Shown: one piece after another, positions 21,001 through 33,767 of the stretch | How the letters are laid out: every line of letters starts with the position of its first letter | How positions within the stretch are numbered: position 1 is the stretch's first letter | Assembly: GCA_950097015.1 (NCBI GenBank) | Contig: CATNEN010000012.1 | Coordinates: 1,116,001 to 1,180,000 of the forward strand | From: Macrostomum hystrix | Lineage: Eukaryota > Animalia > Platyhelminthes | Reading direction: 5' to 3' | Length of the DNA stretch: 64,000 bases | Made by a program: the position numbers and the translations under genes | The notes under the pieces: model-generated | Seen by the model: the letters and a program-made list of their open reading frames with translations, nothing else | Told to the model about the DNA's origin: nothing | The model's database searches: none

Positions 21001-22619
21001 GCGAGTGGGGTAGAAAATAAAGGAACGAGTGTATGTACATTGCTAGAAGAGGATTGTGCGAGTGGGGTAGAAGAGAAAGAAACGAGTGTGTGTACATTGC
21101 TAGAAGAGGATTGTGCGAGTGGGGTAGAAAAGTAAGCAACGAGTGTATGTACATTGCTAGAAGAGGATTGTGCGAGTGGGGTAGAAAAGAAAGAAACGAG
21201 TGTGTACATAGCTAGAAGAGGATTGTGCGAGTGGGGTAGAAAAGAAAGAAACGAGTGTATGTACATTGCTAGAAGAGGATTGTGCGAGTGGGGTAGAAAA
21301 TAAAGGAACGAGTGTATGTACATTGCTAGAAGAGGATTGTGCGAGTGGGGTAGAAAAGAAAGAAACGAGTGTATGTACATTTCTAGAAGAGGATTGTGCG
21401 AGTGGGGTAGAAAATAAAGGAACGAGTGTATGTACATTGCTAGAAGAGGATTGTGCGAGTGGGGTAGAAGAGAAAGAAACGAGTGTGTGTACATTGCTAG
21501 AAGAGGATTGTGCGAGTGGGGTAGAAAAGTAAGCAACGAGTGTATGTACATTGCTAGAAGAGGATTGTGCGAGTGGGGTAGAAAAGAAAGAAACGAGTGT
21601 GTACATAGCTAGAAGAGGATTGTGCGAGTGGGGTAGAAAAGAAAGAAACGAGTGTATGTACATTGCTAGAAGAGGATTGTGCGAGTGGGGTAGAAAAGAA
21701 AGAAACGAGTGTATGTACATTGCTAGAAGAGGATTGTGCGAGTGGGGTAGAAAAGAAAGAAACGAGTGTGTGTACATTGCTAGAAGAGGATTGTGCGAGT
21801 GGGGTAGAAAAGAAAGAAACGAGTGTATGTACATTGCTAGAAGAGGATTGTGCGAGTGGGGTAGAAAAGAAAGAAACGAGTGTGTGTACATTGCTAGAAG
21901 AGGATTGTGCGAGTGGGGTAGAAAATAAAGGAACGAGTGTATGTACATTGCTAGAAGAGGATTGTGCGAGTGGGGTAGAAGAGAAAGAAACGAGTGTGTG
22001 TACATTGCTAGAAGAGGATTGTGCGAGTGGGGTAGAAAAGAAAGAAACGAGTGTATGTACATTTCTAGAAGAGGATTGTGCGAGTGGGGTAGAAAATAAA
22101 GGAACGAGTGTATGTACATTGCTAGAAGAGGATTGTGCGAGTGGGGTAGAAGAGAAAGAAACGAGTGTGTGTACATTGCTAGAAGAGGATTGTGCGAGTG
22201 GGGTAGAAAAGTAAGCAACGAGTGTATGTACATTGCTAGAAGAGGATTGTGCGAGTGGGGTAGAAAAGAAAGAAACGAGTGTGTACATAGCTAGAAGAGG
22301 ATTGTGCGAGTGGGGTAGAAAAGAAAGAAACGAGTGTATGTACATTGCTAGAAGAGGATTGTGCGAGTGGGGTAGAAAAGAAAGAAACGAGTGTATGTAC
22401 ATTGCTAGAAGAGGATTGTGCGAGTGGGGTAGAAAAGAAAGAAACGAGTGTGTGTACATTTCTAGAAGAGGATTGTGCGAGTGGGGTAGAAAAGAAAGAA
22501 ACGAGTGTATGTACATTGCTAGAAGAGGATTGTGCGAGTGGGGTAGAAAAGAAAGAAACGAGTGTGTGTACATTGCTAGAAGAGGATTGTGCGAGTGGGG
22601 TAGAAAAGAAAGAAACGAC
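18069..22619. repeat. 57-bp minisatellite, about 80 copies, with higher-order structure
   Basis: Unit GAGTGTGTGTACATTGCTAGAAGAGGATTGTGCGAGTGGGGTAGAAAAGAAAGAAAC. The variant AAGTAAGCAAC plus a 55-bp unit recurs at spacings of 397, 853, 397 and 682 (7, 15, 7 and 12 units minus 2 nt). Confidence 0.98.
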
Positions 22620-23159
22620 TTTGATTCCCCACTGGGTGCAAGCAGGTACAGCAACTCCCAGTCAACGGAGCCAGAAGAAGATGGGCTACCATTCAACTGC
22701 GCCACCGCTGAACAGGTTGAACTGGCCCAGGTCAGCTCAGCCAGGGACAACAATAATGAGGGCGAATGCGTTGACGAGAAATAAAGACTGGAAGAAGGGG
22801 AAAGTCAACTGATGGAGAGAATGGTCTGAACTTTTCGATGTTAACATTTGCTCGGAGTCGAACTATACTAAAGAAAGTAAAATAGTTTAATTTTATTTCA
22901 CTTTTACGATTTCGAACTTTTCCCTGACACAGACACTTCTTTGACAAAATACTACTATCTACGTTATTTATATTTTATCAGCAATCATTTTTTGGATCCT
23001 GAAATAAACAATAAAGTCTCAACGTTTATCGATCAACTAATTGCAAACATTTTTAAACAACTCAAGATGCACTTTTTAATAAACGCTTGGATCTCAGTCA
23101 TTAACATACATTTTTCAAGTGAATTCATCTAGAGCAATTAAGATAATTAGAATTTGTTG

Positions 23160-26100
23160 CTACAAGGTCGGGGGTCGCGAAATCAGAGGTCCGTTCCCCA
23201 TAGAAGTCCAGACGCCCAGCTGGTCGAATACTTCGTCAGCGTCCGTTATCTGATCCAGCATCTGAGAATGATGAGCGGCTGAAGATGGCGATGCACTTGG
23301 CTGCGCCAATGGCAGCTGCTGTTGCTGTTGAGGCTCCATCGGCAGCGTTGCCCGTCTCAGTAGTTCGTTTAAATCGATGCCAAAAGCTCCAGTCTGATCG
23401 ATCAGATTCAAGAAGTTCACCTTGGAAAAGAAGCTAGCACACTGCAGGATGCGCAGTGTCGGCCGTCGGCTCGGTGACTCGGCCATGGCAATGGACACCA
23501 GATGTAGCAGGTCCGGGCCGAGGGCTACCAGACCGCACGGTCGATTGTTTGCAGCCATTTGACTGCACGGCTGCATAGAGACAACTGTTCCAGTCTGGCT
23601 AACAGCGGTTCGATGCTCCGAGTCACGCAGGTGTTTAAATGTTTCTGTACCAACGGACATCTGGGTAGGTGAACACGTGGATCAATCTATGAGGCTGCCA
23701 AAGTTTTTTATTTTTGCAGGAGCGCTGTGCGCACTGGCACACCATTTGGTGACTGTCGTTGCCGCTGACTCGAACACACGCACACTCACACAGGTGTGTA
23801 CATCTGCCCTGACTTTCTCACTGTGCCTTGGAGGTTGGCTCTCAAGAGCGTAAATAGCACGACAAACCCACCCAGCCTCCACTTCGTGACATCGCCCCAA
23901 ATAAATGTGGAATTGGGGCGGATTGCCCAAGCTTCAGATAGCTCAAGCTCCAGAGAGCTCAAGCTCCAGGGTGCTCAAGCTTCACGGAGCTCAAGCTCCA
24001 GAGAGCTCAAGCTCCAGGGTGCTCATGCTCCAGAGTGCTCAAGCTTCACAGAGCTCAAGCTCCAGAGTGCTCAAGCTCCAGGGTGCTCAAGCTTCACGGG
24101 GCTCAAGCTCCAGAGTGCTCAAGCTTCAGAGTGCTCAAGCTTCACAGAGCTCAAGCTCCAGAGTGCTCAAGCTTCAGAGTGCTCAAGCTTCACAGAGCTC
24201 AAGCTCCAGAGAGCTCAAGCTCCAGGGTGCTCAAGCTCCAGGGTGCTCAAGCTTCACGGAGCTCAAGCTCCAGAGTGCTCAAGCTTCAGAGTGCTCAAGC
24301 TTCAGAGTGCTCAAGCTTCACAGAGCTCAAGCTCCAGAGTGCTCAAGCTTCAGAGTGCTCAAGCTTCACAGAGCTCAAGCTCAAGAGAGCTCAAGCTCCA
24401 GGGTGCTCAAGCTTCACGGGGCTCAAGCTCCAGAGTGCTCATGCTCCAGAGTGCTCAAGCTTCACAGAGCTCAAGCTCCAGAGTGCTCAAGCTCCAGGGT
24501 GCTCAAGCTTCACGGGGCTCAAGCTCCAGAGTGCTCAAGCTTCAGAGTGCTCAAGCTTCACAGAGCTCAAGCTTCAGAGTGCTCAAGCTTCACAGAGCTC
24601 ATGCTCCAGAGTGCTCAAGCTTCAGAGTGCTCAAGCTTCAGAGTGCTCAAGCTTCACAGAGCTCATGCTCCAGAGTGCTCAAGCTCGCTCGCCGTGGAAT
24701 CGAGCTCAGGGACCTTGGTGCGAGAGGCAAACGCGTTAACCGCTCTGCCGATCCCCACCATGGACCCAAATTTTTACTCGCAGCTAATGCCGGTGGCAAT
24801 TCTCACTGCTCCTGTTAGTATACAGATAAAGATAAGATTACTAAAACTCACCATTAGAACGAAGGCGCCAAAGTTCCAGACATCGACTCGGCCTAACATT
24901 TGAGAACTCTGTGAGAATTCTGGCGCCAGCCAGACACAGCTGCTACCATCAACTATGCTCGCAGCTCCAGTTTCTCTTTCCTTCGAGCTGCCGTGCTCAA
25001 TATCAGCAACTAGGCCATCAGGCAGATGTCTAGTCAGTGAGTATCTGAACTCCGGATCGCACTTGTTAGCGCACAGAAAGTCCGTCAGCACCGGGATTTG
25101 CTGGTGAGTAATCATCACTGACTCGGTGCTCATGCGGTTCAAAGAGATGCCCTGCTCGGCTAGGCTTTGAAGCGCCTGCAGAATGCAAGCCGAGAAGTAC
25201 AGCACGTACTGCGGGGGTAGCGGAGAGCCCACAGCATTGACTCGCGCTTCATCCTTGGATTCTGAGGTCTCCAGCCGATTTCTGCTGTTTGCCCGCAGTG
25301 TTGCCAGCGAGCGCATGATGTTTGCCACACTGCCGAAAAGCGGCCTGCAGTGCCCAGGTGAGTGTGCAAATACCAAATTTTCCAACATGTACTATAACAA
25401 ACCCTGACAGCATCAGTCTCACCTGGAATAGAACTGAAAGGTAAACATGCTATTCTCATAAGACCGTATCATCGGCAGTACAAACGGCGTTACCGACCTA
25501 GCCTTTAAAGAGCAAGCGGCGATGAATCGTAACAGCCACTTGTAGCTCTGCTTGTCCTCCTTCGGGGTGAAGAAGATGTGCATGATTCGATAAGCGTCAT
25601 CGCTGTACACGTTTACGGCGAGATGGTCGACGCACAAAGCGCTACTGTGGAAGTCAGCCTTCTCAGTATACCTAGAAATAGATATTATTGAGTTTTAGAG
25701 TTGATAAGACAGTAACATCAGACCGTCATTTTATCGATTAGCAGACATTCTCTAAACCATACACCACAGACAATACACTTAGGTGCCTAGCGAGTCTAGA
25801 GTCTGGCGACTCAAGCTCCAGAGTGCCCAAGCTTCACAGAGCTCAAGCTTCAGAAAGCTCAAGCTTCAGGGTGCACAAGCTTCAGAGTGCTCAAGCTTCA
25901 GAGAGCTCAAGCTTCAGAGAGCTCAAGCTTCAGAGTGCTCAAGCTTCAGAGAGCTCAAGCTTCAGAGTGCTCAAGCTTCAGAGAGCTCAAGCTTCAGAGT
26001 GCTCAAGCTTCAGAGAGCTCAAGCTTCAGAGTGCCCAAGCTTCACAGAAGCTCAAGCTTCAGAGATCTCAAGCTTCAGGGTGCTCAAGCTTCAGAGAGCT

Positions 26101-27238
26101 CAAGCTTCAGAGTGCCCAAGCTTCACAGAAGCTCAAGCTTCAGAGATTTCAAGCTTCAGGGTGCTCAAGCTTCAGAAAGCTCAAGCTTCAGGGTGCACAA
26201 GCTTCAGAGTGCTCAAGCTTCAGAGAGCTCAAGCTTCAGAGAGCTCAAGCTTCAGAGAGCTCAAGCTTCAGAGTGCTCAAGCTTCAGAGAGCTCAAGCTT
26301 CAGAGTGCTCAAGCTTCAGAGAGCTCAAGCTTCAGAGTGCCCAAGCTTCACAGAAGCTCAAGCTTCAGAGATCTCAAGCTTCAGGGTGCTCAAGCTTCAG
26401 AGAGCTCAAGCTTCAGAGTGCCCAAGCTTCACAGAAGCTCAAGCTTCAGAGATTTCAAGCTTCAGGGTGCTCAAGCTTCAGAAAGCTCAAGCTTCAGGGT
26501 GCACAAGCTTCAGAGTGCTCAAGCTTCAGAGAGCTCAAGCTTCAGAGAGCTCAAGCTTCAGAGTGCTCAAGCTTCAGAAAGCTCAAGCTTCAGGGTGCAC
26601 AAGCTTCAGAGTGCTCAAGCTTCAGAGAGCTCAAGCTTCAGAGAGCTCAAGCTTCAGAGTGCTCAAGCTTCAGAGAGCTCAAGCTTCAGAGAGCCCAAGC
26701 TTCACAGAGCTCAAGCTTCAGAGAGCTCAAGCTTCAGAGTGCTCAATCTTTAGAGAGCTCAAGCTTCAGAGAGCCCAAGCTTCACAGAGCTCAAGCTTCA
26801 GAGAGCTCAAGCTTCAGGGTGCTCAATCTTCAGAGAGCTCAAGCTCCAGAGTGCTCAAGCTTCAGATAGCTCAAGCTCCGGAGTGCTCAGTGCTTAAGCT
26901 AGAGAGTGCTCAAGCTTCAGATAGCTCAAGCTCCGGAGTGCCCATAATGAACCATCTTGACTCTTTACTCACTGGCTAAATCGGACTCTTCCAGCGTTGT
27001 AGGAAACACTACTGATCCTGAAGTCGAGCTCAACCATAGCTTCGTCCTGAATTCCGAAAATTTCGTACCGGCTCGACGGGTGCATCATGTAGGCTCTAGC
27101 TGCTTCATATTTCCTGCTTTCTAGCATATCGCGCAGACCTTGACGCATGTTCTTGCGCAACCTGGACGGAGACGGTTCCTTCCACTCGATGGCTTCGGCA
27201 AAGTCAACAACAAGCACCTTTTCCGCGTTGTCATCCAT
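23160..27238 (-). CDS. Protein kinase-fold pseudokinase, STRAD-like (about 502 aa); exons 27238-26973, 25671-25423, 25344-24852 and 23660-23160
   Basis: GT-AG junctions are phase-compatible and sum to 1509 nt. The C-lobe motifs WLAPEF, RVDVWNFG and LVSIAMAESPSRRPT are kept. The catalytic loop is LNRMSTES (no HRD), DFG is TDFL, and no VAIK lysine is recognisable (RIMHI). The start codon is uncertain. Confidence 0.75.
23770..24752 (-). mobile_element. SINE family A, copy 3, split by a minisatellite insertion (halves at about 23770-23910 and 24688-24752)
   Basis: ...AAATAAATGTGG (23910) and CTCGCCGTGGAATCGAGCTCAGGG (24688) are nearly contiguous in copy 1 (TTATGTGG-C-CTCACCGCGGAATCGAGCTCAGGG). 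Confidence 0.8.
23924..24686. repeat. 16/18-bp GCTCAAGCT(T/C)CA(CA)GAG minisatellite, array 1 (pseudokinase intron 3)
   Basis: Direct tandem periodicity. Confidence 0.95.
25809..26943. repeat. Same GCTCAAGCTTCAGAG minisatellite family, array 2 (pseudokinase intron 1)
   Basis: Direct tandem periodicity in the same orientation as array 1. Confidence 0.95.
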
Positions 27239-27494
27239 TGTTTCGTTAACACAGATTTGCTTTTTGTTAATTCGTTAACAAACATCGAAGTGAGTTGTAT
27301 GCAGTGAGACAAAATGTTTTTCTACCAAGCACATTACCTTCTTTCTCCTTGAATGCCATAGATATTTTCGTTAGCGTAGGCTAGCCTAACCAAGGACTAC
27401 TATATCTAGCACATGTATTTGCTTTGAAATATGCAGTTATTGTCATTGACTATTATTGACTCTGCCACCCCACATCCGCTTAATGGAGCTCAAT

Positions 27495-27546
27495 GGAATC
27501 GAGCTCAGGGACCTTGGTGCGAGAGGCAGACTGCTGTGCCACTCAC
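27495..27546 (-). mobile_element. SINE family A head fragment
   Basis: GGAATCGAGCTCAGGGACCTTGGTGCGAGAGGCAGAC is nearly identical to the motif at about 24696-24732. Confidence 0.7.
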
Positions 27547-28662
27547 CCCCCGTGATTTTACCATAGACATTTTCAAATCGTACATTCTTCATCGCGCGTC
27601 CTGCATTTCAGCCTTCTGCAGCCTCAGCATATTGGTATAAGCTTCAACTGGTGTTCTTGTAGCCAAGCACATTTCCTTGGACTTCGCACGGGCCAGCCAG
27701 CTGTGTTATTTCAGTTAAAATCTAATCTTTATATGGCCGATCAGCCTTCTATTAAACACATCGCTAACTAAACACTAAGCGAACACGCGCGCGAAGTTGT
27801 TGCAAATTGAAACAGCTTTAACAGCTTTGGGATGAATCGACTATACAGTGGATCCTGGAGGGATGCTACAGGATGTGTTTAAACGGCTGAGCCATAGGCT
27901 TCAACTAGCAGCAACTCCATCTAACATTGGTGATGGCGATCTTTTCACTCGCTCTGCGGGTTACATAAGCAGTTTGAAATACAGGAAGCTGGGAAAGCAT
28001 TGGTCACTAGTCAAATCACTCCCAGCACTGGCAGGTTACAAACTATAATGATCCAAATCCAAGAATATTGATGTGTTTCATATCAGAGAAGTCAATCAAC
28101 ACGACCTAAAAATATTGTAACAGGAGAATTTATTTCTCGTCGTCGGCCGGTGGTCGGGTGAAGAGTTTGCTTCTGATCAGACGGATCTCGAGAAAATAAA
28201 CAAGGACCATTCTGTCTGAGTTTCATGTTTCATGGGTCCATTTTTGGACAGTTGGTTTTCATCAGAGTCAGCTGTTCTCAGAGCTTGGAGTAGCAACATC
28301 AGGACTGGATCATCCGTAATCATGATTCCACTGTCATCGATATGTCACAATGAGCCCAATCTAAATTTCAGTTGTCAAGATGGACACGTTTGTGGCGGTG
28401 ACTTATCAGTTAAGTTCAGGGGACTGTTTTGCATTTCACACCAGAGTCAGAGTCCGGGTGTCTCCAAATGATCTCCCAACCAGACCATCGAATCCCTGCA
28501 GTCGAGCCCTCCCTTTTTCGCTATTTAGATGCAGCAGTAGCCATTGTTACGTAATCAACATCGCAAATTCCAATGCTAGATCAGGCAACCCTGCATGGGC
28601 AGCTGCTGCTGAGGCTTCTCTCTAACACCCCAACCAGTCCTTGCGAATGATCCAACAGGGGG

Positions 28663-28699
<37 letters not shown>

Positions 28700-29413
28700 A
28701 AAATAGAGGCTAAAATTTGCTAGTTGTCCTGACCCGACTTACTCTCCGCTCTCTCCTTACCAGATAGGCGTGTGAATTAGAAAGCGTTGGCTTGCTTGGC
28801 CAGGCCTTTAGTCCGGTCACTGTGGCAACATTTTAACACTTCAATTATTCTCCCCTTACAGCCCACCCCACTTCGAGATCCCATTCTGGGCTCTGCTGAT
28901 GACGGAGGGGCTATTTAAGAGATGCGGAGAGCCTACGCGGACTGATGAGGCTCGCTAAAGGCTATTCAACCCCCTCCCGTCTGTAACCATCTCGCCGGAT
29001 CTCCCAATCTGGCAGCCTCTACTCCCTACTCCCCGGGAGGTGCTGGGGAAAATGAAAGGAGAGGCGCGAAGTCACTTGGCAACTGTTGTCCGGCGGCGAT
29101 TAATTCTTTAACGCCGTGGGGAGTTAAGAGCTTTGGGTGGGGAGGTGGCAGGCTGGGTCGATCTGCGGGGATCGGATACTGACTTTGACATCAACACCGC
29201 TTGGTAGGGATGCTAGGATAGCATTCAACTTTGAAAGGCTTACAATGAACAATTAGGAATAATTTATTGGCTTCATCTCGATTCTTCAATCTTCACTTTA
29301 GTCAAGGTTTCAGAAAATGGAGTTTAATTCGCAAAAAATTGGGAATCTCAAAAAAGGTAAATATTGAAGCAGAAGTTCACATATTGACTTATTGTGCTTG
29401 TAAAATCAATAAA

Positions 29414-32118
29414 TAGTTCATCTACAGAGTTCTAGTAGATCTATCACTAATTCATCTACAGAGTTATTGTAGATCTATAACTAGTTCATCTACAGAGTTC
29501 TAGTAGATCTATAACTAGTTCATCTACAGAGTTCTTCTAGATCTATCACTAGTTCATCTACAGAGTTCTTGTAGATCTATCACTAGTTCATCTACAGAGT
29601 TCTTGTAGATCTATCACTAGTTCATCTACAGAGTTCTTGTAGATCTATCACTAGTTCATCTACAGAGTTCTTGTAGATCTATAACTAGTTCATCTACAGA
29701 GTTCTAGTAGATCTATAACTAGTTCATCTACAGAGTTCTTCTAGATCTATCACTAGTTCATCTACAGAGTTCTTGTAGATCTATCACTAGTTCATCTACA
29801 GAGTTCTTGTAGATCTATCACTAGTTCATCTACAGAGTTCTTGTAGATCTATCACTAGTTCATCTACAGAGTTCTTGTAGATCTATAACTAGTTCATCCA
29901 CAGAGTTCTTGTAGATCTATCACTAGTTCATCTACAGAGTTCTTGTAGATCTATAACTAGTTCATCCACAGAGTTCTTGTAGATCTATCACTAGTTCATC
30001 TACAGAGTTCTTGTAGATCTATCACTAGTTCATCTACAGAGTTCTTGTAGATCTATCACTAGTTCATCTACAGAGTTCTTGAAGATCTATAACTAGTTCA
30101 TCTACAGAGTTCTTGAAGATATATAACTAGTTCATCTACAGAGTTCTTGAAGATCTATAACTAGTTCATCTACAGAGTTCTTGTAGATCTATCACTAGTT
30201 CATCTACAGAATTCTTGAAGATCTATAACTAGTTCATCTACAGAATTCTTGTAGATCTATCACTAGTTAATCTACAGAGTTCTTGAAGATCTATAACTAG
30301 TTCATCTACAGAGTTCTTGTAGATCTATCACTAGTTCATCTACAGAATTCTTGAAGATCTATAACTAGTTCATCTACAGAGTTCTTGTAGATCTATCACT
30401 AGTTCATCTACAGAGTTCTTGAAGATCTATAACTAGTTCATCTACAGAGTTCTTGTAGATCTATCACTAGTTCATCTACAGAATTCTTGAAGATCTATAA
30501 CTAGTTCATCTACAGAATTCTTGTAGATCTATCACTAGTTAATCTACAGAGTTCTTGAAGATCTATAACTAGTTCATCTACAGAGTTCTTGTAGATCTAT
30601 CACTAGTTCATCTACAGAATTCTTGAAGATCTATAACTAGTTCATCTACAGAGTTCTTGTAGATCTATCACTAGTTCATCTACAGAGTTCTTGAAGATCT
30701 ATAACTAGTTCATCTACAGAGTTCTTCTAGATCTATCACTAGTTCATCTACAGAGTTCTTGTAGATCTATCACTAGTTCATCTACAGAATTCTTGAAGAT
30801 CTATAACTAGTTCATCTACAGAGTTCTTGTAGATCTATCACTAGTTCATCTACAGAGTTCTTGAAGATCTATAACTAGTTCATCTACAGAGTTCTTCTAG
30901 ATCTATCACTAGTTCATCTACAGAGTTCTTGTAGATCTATCACTAGTTCATCTACAGAATTCTTGAAGATCTATAACTAGTTCATCTACAGAGTTCTTGT
31001 AGATCTATCACTAGTTCATCTACAGAGTTCTTGAAGATCTATAACTAGTTCATCTACAGAGTTCTTCTAGATCTATCACTAGTTCATCTACAGAGTTCTT
31101 GTAGATCTATCACTAGTTCATCTACAGAGTTCTTGTAGATCTATCACTAGTTCATCTACAGAGTTCTTGTAGATCAATAACTAGTTCATCCACAGAGTTC
31201 TTGTAGATCTATCACTAGTTCATCTACAGAGTTCTTGTAGATCTATCACTAGTTCATCTACAGAGTTCTTGAAGATCTATAACTAGTTCATCTACAGAGT
31301 TCTTGTAGATCTATAACTAGTTCATCTACAGAGTTCTTCTAGATCTATCACTAGTTCATCTACAGAGTTCTTGTAGATCTATCACTAGTTCATCTACAGA
31401 GTTCTTGTAGATCTATCACTAGTTCATCTACAGAGTTCTTGTAGATCAATAACTAGTTCATCCACAGAGTTCTTGTAGATCTATCACTAGTTCATCTACA
31501 GAGTTCTTGTAGATCTATCACTAGTTCATCTACAGAGTTCTTGAAGATCTATAACTAGTTCATCTACAGAGTTCTTGTAGATCTATAACTAGTTCATCTA
31601 CAGAGTTCTAGTAGATCTATCACTAGTTCATCTACAGCGTTCTTGTAGATCTATCAATAGTTCATCTACAGAGTTCTTGAAGATCTATAACTAGTTCATC
31701 TACAGAGTTCTTGTAGATCTATAACTAGTTCATCTACAGAGTTCTTGTAGATCTATAACTAGTTCGTCTACAGAGTTCTAGTAGATCTATCACTAGTTCA
31801 TCTACAGAGTTCTTGAAGATCTATCACTAGTTCATCTACAGAGTTCTTGTAGATCTATAACTAGTTCATCTACAGAGTTCTAGTAGATCTATCACTAGTT
31901 CATCTACAGCGTTCTTGTAGATCTATCAATAGTTCATCTACAGAGTTCTTGAAGATCTATAACTAGTTCATCTACAGAGTTCTTGTAGATCTATAACTAG
32001 TTCATCTACAGAGTTCTTGTAGATCTATAACTAGTTCGTCTACAGAGTTCTAGTAGATCTATCACTAGTTCATCTACAGAGTTCTTGAAGATCTATCACT
32101 AGTTCATCTACAGAATTC
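29414..32118. repeat. 34-bp minisatellite, about 79 copies, hairpin-forming unit
   Basis: Unit CTAGTTCATCTACAGAGTTCTTGTAGATCTATCA; ATCTACA/TGTAGAT stem around a GAGTTCT loop. Confidence 0.98.
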
Positions 32119-33767
32119 TCATTTAATTTCATAGATTTCATTCTAACGTCCATAAATCATTTGTTTTTGGAATTATTATCTAAAAGGTGGCATTAATCCC
32201 TATCACTAAATGCCCGTTGTTGACACCCAGTTTATTTTCGGTCACGGTTAATCCGACACCGCAGATTATCGGTTGGAGCCAAGCCGATATCAGGAGTTGC
32301 CCAACTGACCCTGTGTTAATCTCCGTCGCAAACTGCTGCTGCTGCTGCTGCTGCATTTCCTTAAATGACCGCCCAACGAATGAAACAAACAATTGGAATA
32401 ATGACGGAAATCCTCTAACCAGTTGGCCGGGATTGTAACTCGATATGCCCAGCCAATCTACTGCTAATCCACACAGATTGGGATACAAAGCTAGGCCAAA
32501 CTAAAATCCCCCCCCCACTGCTAAACGAGTAGGAATCGCAGGGCCAAGCAATGTATCGTCTGTCATTCTATCGTGACCTACGTGACCCGTGTGCCACCAC
32601 CTCCGCCGCAGCCGAGCTCACAGGCTCAACAAAGGCAGAGTTGTGATCCCCCGGTAAAAAAACCTGATCCCCAGAACCCCTGCACGCTCAATTCAACATT
32701 GTACAGATTTTAAATCCCCATTAAGTAATAAGTTCGGGAAGCGCTGTCTGCTCATAGGTCTATTTTTCCCATATCCCCCATGATACAATGCATACGATTG
32801 AAGATGAAAATGAAAAAAAACGGACGAATCCCGGAAACGAATGAAAACCGCCGATTTGTAATCTCGCCGCGTGCGGGTCTCTATGTAATTCACCGCTCGT
32901 TTTTTTTTAAAGCTGAATTTTAAGCCAACTGAAAGCAGCCTCGAGATCGACTTTTATTCGCCCAGAGGAAAAAAAACAACTGGAAAACAAAATCTGTGGG
33001 TGGGCTCAAGAGTTGACGAGCTCGCGTGCCTGCGACAATAACACGATGAGCCATGACTTGGGGATATGCGGAGCGGGGAATAGCGGGGGACCCGGTTGCG
33101 TCATCGGAGATTGGGGAAATGAGGAGAGCTCTAAGCATGGATGGAAGGAATGGGAATGGGAAATGGGGATAATTTTTCGCACTCTGGGAAGCGTCAGAGC
33201 CTCAGTATGATGCCTGAGCAATGATACTCTGCAATCTGCGTGAGCCTGCGGAGGCGAGAAATATAGACTTGAGATTGGGGACGCAGTGGGAGTTGATGAA
33301 GCTGTGGGATTTGTAGGGCCAGACGGGGGATTCAGACAGCGATGAATTAATGATGCTTCCTAACAACACCGGATTGTATTTATTCAGCGCTGCTGAGAGC
33401 TCGAAAACTTCAGCAAGCTGAATTTCGAGTTGACTCCTAAGATAAAATTGAGAAATTGTCTCATTGGCTGTGTTTTCATTGTTGCTACGGAGTTTGTGTT
33501 GCGTATAGCATTGGATTGGGGCCAATAATTACATTTTTAATTGACTAGCACTTCAGCCAGCCAGCCTATAAGACTCAATTTTGTCAATATTTCTGAGGTT
33601 TGGAATGTGAGCATACAAACAGAAAATTATAAAAATTGTCGAAAAATATACCTGGAGAAAGATTGTAACCACTTCTCAACTTCAGCCTGTCAGTCAGGTT
33701 AACGCCGCGGTTTCTTATTATTTTAAAAGCTGAAGACAGCCTCGCATCCGAAAACTGAGAAAGTGAG

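Noticed and set aside
18037-22784. Very long ORFs on both strands (754, 606, 603, 415 aa etc.)
   Set aside because: They are open on both strands because the 57-bp unit lacks stops in some frames, so length alone is no evidence of coding. The one splice-compatible possibility is listed as a finding.
25335-25375. LGTAGRFSAVW as a kinase glycine-rich loop
   Set aside because: It is in a different frame straddling an intron/exon boundary, downstream of where subdomain I would be; coincidental.
23796-26979. SSSFRVLKLQSAQA-type ORFs of 230-400 aa
   Set aside because: Translations of intronic minisatellites antisense to the pseudokinase.
29414-32118. CRISPR-like appearance (34-bp palindromic repeat)
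   Set aside because: Units are head-to-tail with no unique spacers, there are no cas genes, and the context is eukaryotic.
28665-32355. CTG/CAG tracts (28665-28693, 32334-32355) as poly-Q exons of a hidden gene
   Set aside because: Surrounding ORFs are short with no domain or consistent splice chain, although a non-coding or UTR role cannot be excluded.
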